Positions 41,019-52,511 of a DNA stretch of 64,000 nucleotides are shown here, piece after piece. A model generated the notes under the pieces. The model saw only the letters and a list, made by a program, of their open reading frames with translations. It was not told the DNA's origin and ran no database searches. Made by a program: the position numbers and the translations under genes. Source of the DNA: Bigelowiella natans CCMP2755 (taxonomy: Eukaryota > Protista > Cercozoa); contig ADNK01000067.1 of NCBI GenBank assembly GCA_000320545.1, positions 1-64,000 of the forward strand, given 5' to 3'. Within the stretch, counting starts at the first letter, position 1; the number at the start of each line of letters is the position of its first letter.

Positions 41019-42789
41019 GCAAATTGACAGGTCAATGAGCATGCACGCATGATCCAATGTTCAAGTCGTTGATTTGTGTGAATTTTTTGAAAAAGTGAAA
41101 AGTTTCGTCATTTTTTTTTGGTCAAATTCACTTGTTTCACAAACATCATGTCACATCCAGCTTCATTGATTGCCGCATCTGGCCGCTGGGAGGCACACAT
41201 CGAAAACTCACCAAAGTCAAAATCACCAAAAAAAGCACTTTTTTGGCGCGGAAACGTTCAATTTTGCGAATTTTGGAGTGGAACTTCTGGAGGTGATGGA
41301 GTTGCTGTTGACACGGCCTCTGAGCATGTTTTTTTGAGCCAACGCGCAAAGGGGACCCTTTCCGCGGCACCCAAAGTTTTTGCCCTCGATTTTTTTCCTT
41401 GAAAATCCACTTTTTTGCACCCCTTTCTGGACAGTTCTGGACCTTCTCACACGTCCAGAAGTCTTCTGTGGTGCTTCGGAAGAAGTTTGGAGTGGATTCC
41501 GAGCATGACACGGACCAAAACCCGGGGGAGTGAAACCCCCTTGTGGACCATGAAGGTGTGGTCCATGGGATTGTGCTCTTGGGGGTCGCAGGTGTGGTGT
41601 TCTTGCTTGGTGATCTCCAAGCATGAGCAAACCATCACGACAGGATTCAGGGATGCGTGATCCTGAAGTTGGCAAACATCAGGCACTGAAAACAATGAAA
41701 CTAGGAACGGGGGAGTGGCCACAATGCCATTCTTGATTCCTTTTGGTTTCACTGGATGGTCCTCACTGAAGTTGGTTCGAGGCACTGCGTTTCGTGCACT
41801 GCAAGTGTCTTGTTGCACTTTGGAAATGCAGTCGTTCTTTGTCATTGTTCATTGTTCATTGTTCTGGCGCATGTGGTTTTGATCAACGCTTTCTTCATTG
41901 TTCATTGTTCACACGATTGCGCCGATGCGGTGATGGGCGGGGGGGTTTCGGTTGCGAGGGTGGCTTTTCCTCCCATCCCTTCACCACATGCCTGTTCACC
42001 GGTGGGACAGACAGACGTGTCGCCCCAGTGACTTGGTTGCCATTGCATCTGGCTTCGATCACCAGTTTCAGTTGCAACCTGGCCGAGCCGCACTGCGCAC
42101 AACAGTCACAACCTGGACACATTCCAACTGTGCCAACAAATGACAGATGGTTCACTTGGCCTTGACTCATCTTCTTTGGCGTCCTTGGACACAGGTAGCC
42201 ATGGCAACTTCATCCCTTGATGCGGCTCTGGCGCCTCAGATGGGTTGTTAGCTGGTTTTTGTGTCTCATCACCAACAGGGTGCTGACAAGTCCTCACAAC
42301 GAGTGTTGTTGAGGCTCTGCTGCATGCAAACGCCTGTCTCCCATGTGGTTCTGGCGCGTGCAGATTTGATCAACGCTTTGTTCTTTGCACATTGTTCATT
42401 GCCAAACAAAGGTTGTCTTTGTCTGAAAAGCTCAATCCAGGATCAAGCCTTTCTCGACCACGTGCGTGCTGGCGTGTCCTCAATTTGCGTGTCCTGTCCC
42501 TCTCGAATGGATCCATCTCAAGGAGTTTTCACTCCCGGAAAAAACTTTCCGCATTTCCTCTCGGCCACAATGCTTCGGCCACTGATTGTGACAGTCAGAG
42601 ACAATTCTCACCAAAATCAGCAAAACGAAGATGCGGCTCGAAGCCTCGAGAGTCGGTGGGGGAAACGAAGCAAAACTCACAGAGACCTCAAACCAAGTCC
42701 GTGCAGATTTTCGTTGAGATTGGTTGTGGGACGGCACTTCCCCTAGTGACTCTTGAAATACGCGGCACATTGATGATTCCCTGTGTCAA

Positions 42790-43700
42790 TAGATGTAGCA
42801 TGAAAAGGACCAAACATGTTGCACCATGATGCTTCTGTGGGTGGGAAGGTGCTTTTGTGTGCTTGGAGGGTAAGAGCTGGGTGAATGTCATTCACAGACG
42901 TGGAATTGAAAATTTACACAGGGGGGGAAGTAAGCAAAGCTTTCTTTAAGGATGCCTATTCAAGCACCGATGAAGACATGACGGAATGTGTGGTGCAATC
43001 CTTTTCGTGTTTGTGTTTGCATTGAGCAGAATTGACAGGACAGTCCATCGTGTCCTAATTCGCAATTTTGCCTTCGCTGCCTTGTATATTGATTGTATAC
43101 AATGAAATGATGATTTACTCTTAAATCGCATATGTCTTTGACGTTGGTTATCTTTTAGCATCGTACTTGGTTCATGGCCCCATCCGAAGCTAGCATGTTG
43201 ATGCAGAAATTCAGCACCTATGCAGGCACTGTGGTCAACGTCCCAAGGAGCGAGCTCTCTTTTACACTCAAACATGTCTTCCATGACCTGAGGAATCTAC
43301 GCGAGTTTGAAGGGATGGCGACAGAAAAGACAAAGAAAACATCCAGTGTTTGCTCCATTTCTTGACAAAAAGGATGTGCAGCTTCATCTGTCGAATGATC
43401 ATTGACAGCGGCACTGGCAGCAACACATGCACGTACATTCTTAGCCACGTACATTTCATATGATATGCACCGTGGTACGCATAGGTTTATTGGCACCTTG
43501 TACGTACAGTGATAACAGGCACATGGATAGGCACATCGCACACATGCCACACATGCATGTTTTGCACATTTGAATGTTGCAAAGATGGACAAGATGACGT
43601 TCCAAAATGCATGCCGCATGCGACAATGATCGAAGAAAGTGCGATGATTTCTGTATGTGCTATCTTCAATCCCTCTCTCTCTTGAATATTTAGCACCATT
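42790..43700 (+). pseudogene. Possible degraded gene remnant with short gtaag introns, on the right flank of the island
   Basis: Joining gtaag...ag introns at about 42870-42897 and 42930-42950 gives WEGAFVCLEDVELKIYTGGEDAYSSTDEDMTE; a later exon-like stretch reads HRTWFMAPSEASMLMQKFSTYAGTVVNVPRSELSFTLKHVFHDLRNLREFEG. An upstream in-frame stop is present. Confidence 0.25.
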
Positions 43701-44468
43701 CACCGACTAGCCTTGCTGTCACCTAGATGACACAAAACGCACATGCTGTTCGTGCACACATGAGGTATCTAGGCACATGTGCGGGAGTCTCATGTATGCG
43801 GGAGTGATGCATTAGTTAGCACCCTATCTTAACTTTCGATATGATTGTACTGATTAGCAATTAAGTAAATGTCCACTGCATGATGCACAGGCACTGGATT
43901 CAAATTGCCATGGATGCTCACTTCGATTCGCATCCAAACCACCATGTGTAGGCTAGTAGGGGCAATACTTGAGAGCCAACAATTGAGTTTGGGTGCTAAG
44001 TATTTGATGATTAAGGTGAGAGGTATCTTTTGTGCGCGTTAGGCCTCGACCCCGCGTTCTTTTGGGTGGATGATTTCCTTTGCGAAATCGGTTCGACGAC
44101 GTGAAGTCTTCCAGAGATAAAAGCCCTATTCTGCTCTCCTTCTGAAAGTTTTACATGCAGGACAATATCTTTCTCTCATGGGTTCACCCTACCAGCTCGT
44201 ATCACCAGACCCTTTGCATGATCTGGCTGCCTGCCAGCGAACTCTATCAGGCTCTTTCCATCCCGAGCACCACGCGCACAGCTCACAATTCCGGTCACAT
44301 TCCATCTTTCTCTGCCGAATCCCCGTCATTCTTACCGTTACTACCGGTAATTATTAGGAAATTCCCGGTACTGTAGTTGTACCAGCCAACATGGCAAGAG
44401 TAACGCACGGAGGCACTCTCCGCGAGGTCTAGGTCAAGCTCCTACTCATATCCTAACGCTGTCGCGAA

Positions 44469-44867
44469 ATGGCCCCTGGCCTCGCGTCTCCTCGTAGCGC
44501 CTTCGGGTGCCTGCCGTGTCTATCTGTCGGTCTGCTCTGCTTGGGCATTCCATCCGGCGGGGCCGAATCAAGGTTGGACGAGTCTGGTGATTCTAGCTAT
44601 ACGACTGCGGGTGCCTCGTATTCATCGAGTCTCCAGGCTGGAAACAGCTCTTCGAGCATATATCGATCTCCAACCTATCCTACCGAGTACGGGCCTGTTG
44701 TAGGATGGGTGCTGCCCAATGGGGTATTTGCGTTCCATTCGATTCCATACGCTCAGCCCCCAGTTGGCAGAAATCGGTTCGGATTTATATATTGATTTTT
44801 ACCTTTGTATCCTCCCCCCGTCTCTCTCTCTCAATCTCCCAATCTCTCTCTCTCTCTCTCAATCTCC

Positions 44868-44925
<58 letters not shown>

Positions 44926-47309
44926 TTATACATTATATAATATGCCCCTCCCCGCCCCTACCCCTCGAAGATGTCTGTCTCTCATACATCCCCTATCCCC
45001 TATCTTTGTATGTTTGTGTAATAATGTGCTTGTTGGTGTGCACGCTGCTCCTTTATTGCACAACAGCTATTTTCTAATTCGTCAAACCCCCCCCTCCCCT
45101 TACCCCCTCTACAGCTGGACGGATCCTTCGCCCCCCGCTTCATGGACAGAACCTAAGGATGTTACAGCGCTCGCAAACATATGCCCACAGGTATTCTACG
45201 GCATGCCTTTATTCACACGCACACGATCGTAGTAGGCTAATTTTGACCAATAATTCCAGCCAAAAGATCCAGGCGTCACCCGTGCCGTGGTGGGCAAGGA
45301 AGACTGCCTGTATCTTTACGTTTACACTAGTAGCGGTCCCAATCCAGCGAAGTCTGAGCTCAAGCCTGTGATGCTGTGGGTGCACGGAGGGGGGCTGCAG
45401 GTGGGGGATGGGTATCTTGGAGATGCTGGGGGACCGAGTGGGTTTTATGATGGCTCGAATCTCGTCAGGGAGTTTGATGTGGTGGTAGTGTCCATCCAAT
45501 ATCGTCTTGGGACCTTGGGTACTACAATAAGGAGCGAAACTTGCGCGCGACACACGTATACCTGTGCAGATATCCTCAAAAGAAGTTGAACTAGTTACAC
45601 ATATTTTCTCCTGCTGTTGGGTCTCTTAAAAGCATCACTGATACATCTCAAAAGGTTTTCTTGCTTCGGATCTTTTTAAAACGGCTGGAACAACGCCGAG
45701 TGGCCAGGCTGCTGATGGGTTCTTTACATTACATACACACACCAGCAAAATGGATAGTGCCCATGCAACAGTGCTGCATCGACAACACATAAACACACAT
45801 CATGCTTGCATGCAGGTATGGAAACTTCGGTTTCAAAGACCAGCGATACGCCATGCAGTGGGTGCAGAGAAACATCCAAGGATTTGGAGGAGACCCAAAT
45901 CGTGTCATGCTTTTTGGTGAATCTGCTGGTGGAATTAGCATGTGCTATCACCTCACCTCTCCTGCGAGTGCTGGGCTCTTCCAGGCCATCACAATGGAGT
46001 CGGGAAGCTGCTACATGCAGGTGGAAATAATGCCCATGCATCTCTAATTTGGGTCTTTCCTATGTTGATATCGTTTATCCTCATCGATACACCAGATTCA
46101 AAACATGAGCAGCGGATGGGAAATGGCCGAGTCAATTGCAGGGCTCGCGGGCTGCCCAGTCGGGCCAACTGTCGCAGCGAATGACACCAGAGATTGTTTG
46201 CTAAATGCGCCATTACGCGATCTTGTATATCCAATGGGGGACGAGAAGGCTGCTCTTCCTGGAAGCAATTATTGGGCAGCTCCCGATTGGCCGTGGTGCA
46301 TGACAGTTGACGGCACAACGGAGGTCGTAGTAGAAATAATCATGTGTTTCCAAGATGATAAAACGGAATTCATGTTATTTACGCACGCTCGCACACACAC
46401 ACACACATACACACACACACACACACACGCACACACACATAGAACTACACACTTGTATACCGCACCATCAGCAAATGGTAAGATACCGTAGACACACACA
46501 CGCAGTGTACGCCGCTCGTTAATAAATACACGCCCCATGCACATTTGTACCAGGGATTGGTTTCGCCCCCTCACGTGCTCTTGAGCGAAGGAAGTTTTTC
46601 GCGAGTTCCTACAATATTTGGCACCAATACCAACGAATTTAATTGTGACTGTGACGTTACCGATCCAGACAAAGATTGCCTCTTCGCTGATGGCCTTCCA
46701 TCGATGATTCCAGGATTGAGTCCTCCTTATTCTGATGCAGATGTTGCCACTGTCCTTGGGCATTTCCTCGGAAAGAGTCTTAGTCAAGCACAGTTTGATG
46801 AAGCGCTGGCTATGTATCCGATTGAGGAATTCAAGTGGAATAACACGGCGCGCATATCAGCAATGCTTGTAGATACGACTGGATGGATTGGGTCTTGTAG
46901 CACACAGAAGTCCGCACAGATGATGCTGGGCCACGGCCATGCTGATATATGGCTGTACCACTTCGCTCGTCTGGGTGAAATGAGGAGGGTGGGGCACTTC
47001 TCAGAAGTTGGCTACGTCTTCCAGAACTGCTTAGCCTGTGGAACAGACAGTATCACAGATTGCTGCCAAGGTACAAACAATTCAGCTCCGGATCTTGCTC
47101 TCTCGAAACTAATGGGCTCATACTGGTCAACGCATGCTGCAAAGGGCGACCCCAATCGCGTCGGTCTCCCCTTCTGGCCACGCTACAAACACTTTAGCAA
47201 ACTTGTCATGCGTTTCGACATCGAATCGACTGTGACCCTTGGGTATAGGGAACTACACTGTGCATTTTGGGATAAAATCTATGGTGGCGAGAGCGGTAGC
47301 CATACATGA
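44469..47309 (+). CDS. Secreted carboxylesterase type B (alpha/beta hydrolase), multi-exon
   Basis: FHSIPYAQPPVG, GKEDCLYLYVYT, PVMLWVHGGGL, VVVVSIQYRLGTLG, GNFGFKDQRYAMQWVQRNIQGFGGDPNRVMLFGESAGG (Ser), GTNTNEF (Glu), VGHFSEVGYVF (His); hydrophobic N-terminus. Confidence 0.95.
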
Positions 47310-48013
47310 GTATCGTAGCATGCATGGGGGTGTTGAGGTCGATTGCATTTTGCAAAAAATGTTGACAATTCATTGAAGGATTCTGATGCGTGCTACTTAA
47401 GGCGCGACTCTTCAATAGTCCTAGTCCTGTGGCATGCACTTAACATGCAAATCTCGCCGCGCCTACCATGTGCTGTACATGAGTCTAATGCAGCTTTGTG
47501 TGTAAATGCAAATGATAGTGGACAATTGTGTGAACACATGAGACTATGCTTCTTTGGACAGAGTAATTGACAATGTATTCAATCACACACATTGTACGCA
47601 CTGCACACTTAATCGAGCCAGAGTGCGACGCAACTCGTGCCTGTCTAGCTGTGCACGCTAGCACGTACAGAAAACTAGCACGTTGCACAATAAGGCAGCA
47701 TGGAATAGCTGCAGCTCAAATATAGCAGCTATCGCAATATGCGCACTACAACACAGAGTAATTTACGATTTCAGTTAAATTTGTTCATACACCTAGCGAT
47801 TTCCGTTGCAAATTGAAGACTTGACAGGAATCTCGTGCTAATCACGAATTGGAATCCACCGACCGAATAAATGATGCTATTTGCAGAGTAACTTCTAAAT
47901 AAATCGTGTAGGACGCAATGATATCTCGAACGTTGCTCTTTGTATTAAAGCTGATGAATTTATGTGCCTTTTATCACTCATGAATAAATTTACATTGTTG
48001 AATTGCTTTTCTG

Positions 48014-49000
48014 CTACGATTGGGGTGGGGGTAGAAATTTGTTCCAAAGAGATGGCCTCGAAGGAAAGTCTAGCAATTTATTGTTTTTATCGTCATAATT
48101 AGCCTCAAGGCTTTTGACACGAAGTTCAACGTTTCTGAAGCTGAGCGGGCAAGGATAGTTCCGCAGAAGAAACCGAAGCATTCCTTGAGGGTCTCGTACG
48201 GGAGTGGCATTATTGTCAGAACCCTCCTTTAGATCTATTTCCACTGGAATTTCAGCGTTGTAATAGGAGTAGAAAAAGGTCTCACCACTCTTCTTGTGGA
48301 CGAAGGGAGATCTGATCAACCCGAACCGTGTGTTTTTAGCCCTGTACTGGCGAACTTTGCGGAAACTTGGCACCGAGAGAGAAGCAGGGGGGGAATATTT
48401 CTTGTTGGTCTCCTTGAGCGTACGGCAAAGCCTATAATTGAGCTCCAATGCACGTGTGATTGTCGAGGTGGCCTACATAGCATAGTTGGGTGAGTAAGGA
48501 CATGTTCCACACTCCTCCCTCCTCCCTAAAATGCAACGGCAGTACAAAATCCTCGAAATTCTAACTTTCCAAACCTTGTACAGTTCCCTCGGACTATGTG
48601 CAGAGAATACCAGCATGTACGAAAGCGACGCCATTGTTGAACAACAACGGGGAGTAGTGCTCACGGCTGACTGGTCGACTAATGGGGGGAGGCACTGCGC
48701 GACAGCGGGGGGAAGCGTCTAATACCGGTAATCCCGGGTTTAATCGAGGGCATTGTCGGTCATTACCGGTTTGAATCAGATTGCGCAAATTCGGATTACG
48801 ACAATAAAAATAGGTTGTCGCACCGTTAATACACGATTTATTTTTAAACTCTTAGTGCGAACTCCTCGCAAGCACCTCGAGCACAGTCGGCCCCCTCTGG
48901 AATACCAGCACACCACATGGAGAAGAAGCAGAATGAAAAGGTCTTGAATGAGATCCACATCTTACTTTGCAAAACAAGTCCTGCTTCGCAATGCTTGCAT
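48014..49000 (-). CDS. MRPS10: Mitochondrial ribosomal protein uS10m-like, with presequence and extensions
   Basis: uS10 signature LIRSPFVHKKSGETF (compare RSPHVxKKSREQF); start MQALRSRTCFAK/GGRLCSRCLRGVRTK is Arg-rich and presequence-like. Confidence 0.7.
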
Positions 49001-49110
49001 GGCAATAAATCTACGGTTTCCCATCCTAGGGGAAGGCTGAGCTCAACATGTCTCTCGGTAACAATATTGGTCGCCTCATATATGAGTATGCGGCTGATTC
49101 AGACACGGTG

Positions 49111-50530
49111 ATGACAATGACTAAGTTACTGACGACGAGAGATCTTCACAAAATAAAAGAGGTGGACGATGCTTAGATGTTCATTCACATACATACCCCC
49201 CCCCCCCACCCACGCAAAAAAAAAATTACGCAAAATTCACATTTTTACTGCTCATTGTACATGCCATTTAATTCTCCGCAATCGCTCGCAATACAGATCT
49301 TTACCACGTTACTTTTGAAGCAGTCACTCTCTTTTCATGCGATCGGTCTTTTAATCTGTCGCATTAGTCGTACACGCACTGTTAAAGTAAAACTACTGTC
49401 GTAGAGGATCACGGCAGAGATATATGAAAGAGGAATCAAAGAAAATTTGCCTGTATCTCAATCGCTTTTAGATAAAGCTCTAGCTGAATCGAAGGTTGTT
49501 GATCTGGGTGCGGGCCCATACATGTGTACCTGTGGTTGTGGGGACGTTTCGAAAATACCAACATTAAAACAACTCTTGAGCGTATTCATCGACACTAGAC
49601 CGAGATTTTATTACATGAGAAAATCGATGGGAGGCAGATGTAAAGGTGGTGAGAATTCAATAGAAATAGAAATTTAATTAGGAACCTTTGCAGGCAGAGT
49701 GGGCCAAAAAATATCAACTAAAAGTTATCGAGGCTGTCAATCACAAGTAAGAAACTGATCTAATTCGTCTTGTTTTCCTGAGTATATTCCTGTGTTTGCA
49801 TAGTGTGTAGGTGTTCGCAAATTCAGCATTTCGTCTTTTGCTCGCGTTTTTGTTCGTGTTTCCCGCCTTTACCATGTTGTGCAACATAAAAATGTGTTTT
49901 TAGGCTGCCGCAAGCAGTTGATGATTCAACAGATATCGATACGTTTGACTTTTCCTCGACCAAAGTTACGATTGAGTTTCCAACAAAACCTGAGAGAGCA
50001 ATGAATTTCTTTGTCGAAGGTGCATCAGTGCGGATTATTATGTATTATCAAATGTGTGTGTGAACGTGTGTAGCAACAATATCTTTTGAGAGAATTCTAT
50101 TTAAGATTAGATAGAAGTTAAATTGTGTTATTTTGTATCGTGTTGACGAATGAGGACGGAAACACGGAATGATTCTTAATTTGTAGGTGTAGAATGGAGA
50201 TCTATGAATCTCGTCAATCATGCTGAATTGACAATAGAAAATGAGAGCATCTTATTCACTGACAAATGTGGAAAGAACACCGGCATGGCGGAAAAGGTAA
50301 GCGAAGTCATCACACCGAAGTGCTATCTGAAGACGATGCTGAGATCGAAGAAACTGGCTGAAATTGGACAACAAATCACCGAGTCGTCCGAATTCATACA
50401 TGAATTATTCCTAGTGTTGCAATCAGCAGGAGTGATAATAGAGGGGGACACATTCCATCAATCTCTTTATGATAACACGTTTTTCAAGACTGTAGGAGAA
50501 TTTCATCCATCACCTGCAGCCGAACGCTGA
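49111..50530 (+). CDS. Hypothetical multi-exon protein (exon joins partly uncertain)
   Basis: GT-AG-bounded exons EPLQAEWAKKYQLKVIEAVNHK, LPQAVDDSTDIDTFDFSSTKVTIEFPTKPERAMNFFVEG, GVEWRSMNLVNHAELTIENESILFTDKCG, terminal ...HELFLVLQSAGVIIEGDTFHQSLYDNTFFK... Confidence 0.6.
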
Positions 50531-51279
50531 AGTGGAGAGACGATCTATCCTAACATCAGATGACACACGTCCCTTTACAACAGCGTAGTGAATGCAACTT
50601 GGCAGGCGCCAAGCATGCAAGCTTCAAGCTCAACATCGCTGAAATCGTTCGAGTCCAGCCACTGTGGAGTACGTAGAGCGCATTTGCGTACCTTTGCAAA
50701 TGCATTGCCACACCAAGTTATGATGTCGCAACATTTCACTATTCCGCATTTTATTTGATTAACGAACTTGCTTAGATGTGCAGTTTTTGAACACTCGCGC
50801 TGTTTTGAGTGATTTCAAGTCTTCATAGATGGTTTTATTTTCATTTTCATCGGCTGCTGCGCTACACCGCACTCGCCATGTACACATACATGTGTTACAT
50901 CGGGTTTGTTGCGCGCAGGCGATGCATCGTGCAATCAATGACCGTGCTTTCGACACATGTGCTATGCACACGCTGGACAAGCGCATTCTGCATGGTCTAG
51001 ACTACAGTAGATGGTGCTCGGAGTAGCCAATTAAGTATGCACTTACATGATTGAGGCGTAGCCAAACAACTGCTCAGGCGAGTGCAAATGCTAATCTAGT
51101 AATCTTGGTAATTGGTAGCAAATGATAGATATATCACTGGATCGCTTTTACTTCCATACATTCGAACAAGAGGCACGTATCGTACATCTGAAGACGTGCT
51201 TATATAAAACAGTAGAGCAGAGCGTGGTTGTTTTTCTATTTTTTCCCTCCGTTATTTTCTATCATCGCCCATCGAGTTA

Positions 51280-52039
51280 TTAGTCGGAGAAGGGTTTGTC
51301 CAGAGCTTCAAGTTTTTCAACAACGGGAGCAAGCAGGGCCATTCGCGTTGTCAGTGTTGCAGGGGCAGGAAGAGCAAAGAAGTCTTTGAGCCCTACCTCT
51401 GCGCGTGCATCACGGATCGCATGTCGCAATGCCATGAGAACGCTAGAGGCAAGGACAAGTGGGGGTTCTCCTGAGGCCTTACTACTCAATACACGGCCAA
51501 CCTTGTTCCCTTGCAGCAGGTTCAAGTTCCACTCACGGGGGACGTTGATTGCAAGCGGGGGCTTGTACTCCCACGTCCCGTTGGAGATCAATTCTCCGGT
51601 GCCCTCATCGTAGAGCACCTCTTCTTGAATCATCATTCCCAAGCCCTGCATGAAGCCCCCCTCGGCCTGTCCGATGTCGATGGCGGGGTTCAGGCTTTTG
51701 GCGCAGTCGATGATAAGATCCACTCGATCTACTACGATCTCGCCCGTCATCACATCGATCTCAACCTGCAGAGATATCAAATGCAACGAAACCGCAATGC
51801 TGCCTTAGCTGCACTTACAAGCTGCTAAGCCTACAGAAATTCGAGGTAGTGGAACTGACTGATACGTTTCCCCCCCCCCTACTCTTCGTTCCATGGAGAT
51901 GTTATCCAAGGAAAAAAGACATGCGTTGTATCCGGTTATTGATGATACCTCGGAGCATCCAACACCCCAGCAATTGTATGTTGCTTTATCGTTGTCCTTT
52001 GTATCCGACCAATGGCCAAGTGCCTGTCATTACCATTAG

Positions 52040-52084
<45 letters not shown>

Positions 52085-52479
52085 TACACGAATGCACCAA
52101 TCAATCAGCAGGAGCCATCCAGTAGAAGGAAATATGTTGTAACTTTCATTAAAGAATAGGAGAGAAGAGGAGAGATTTCGAGCGCTGTTGCTTTACAGCA
52201 GCGCCTTCCCCCGAGATGCAATGCCGCATTGAAAAACATCGCCACTCCTCACCTGCATCATCATATTAGCCCCCTCCGCAGCGGCACAGACTTGACCAAA
52301 TGAAATGGGCTTCCTATCATCATGCGTAGAGTCTTCTCCCCCCTTCGACTCCGATTTCGCTTTTTCCTCCAACCCGGCCAAGATAGGCCCCATCCTCTTC
52401 ACCAATGCCTCACAAGCGCGGCGAGCAGCCTCACAAGCACCTGGGGCAGGTAGGAGATGAGTATGGTCAGTAAGCTAGA

Positions 52480-52511
<32 letters not shown>

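Larger units (their letters stand above)
39702..41543. repeat. ~45-bp inverted repeat pair (39702-39747 / 41499-41543)
   Basis: caagggggtttcacatcccccgggttttggtccgtatcatgctcgg vs reverse complement caagggggtttcac-tcccccgggttttggtccgtgtcatgctcgg. Confidence 0.9.
39630..42355 (+). repeat. 39-bp direct repeat pair (39630-39668 / 42317-42355); an adjoining segment is also repeated (41861-41910 / 42348-42400)
   Basis: ctgctgcgtgcaaatgcctgtctcccatgtggttctagc vs ctgctgcatgcaaacgcctgtctcccatgtggttctggc; gttctggcgc...tttgatcaacgcttt occurs twice. Confidence 0.88.
39885..42743. other. TpA-depleted island, probably a degenerate repeat or mobile-element region containing gene fossils
   Basis: Only 5 TpA counted by eye (40099, 40225, 41702, 42196, 42249). 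Internal direct, inverted and tandem repeats. No intact transposase recognised. Confidence 0.9.

Noticed and set aside
39573-42891. Dense pile of overlapping ORFs in all six frames
   Set aside because: Expected artefact of TA loss: TAA and TAG stops are absent. Not evidence of overlapping genes.
43390-43440. IIDSGTGSN peptide resembling a retroviral protease or SAM-binding motif
   Set aside because: The frame is short and closed, with no RT, integrase or methyltransferase context.
44820-44925. (TC)n with a duplicated aatctcccaatct unit
   Set aside because: Ordinary slippage duplication within an intron.
48725-48771. accggtaat...attaccggt inverted repeat
   Set aside because: Only 9 bp, within a probable exon, and likely chance.
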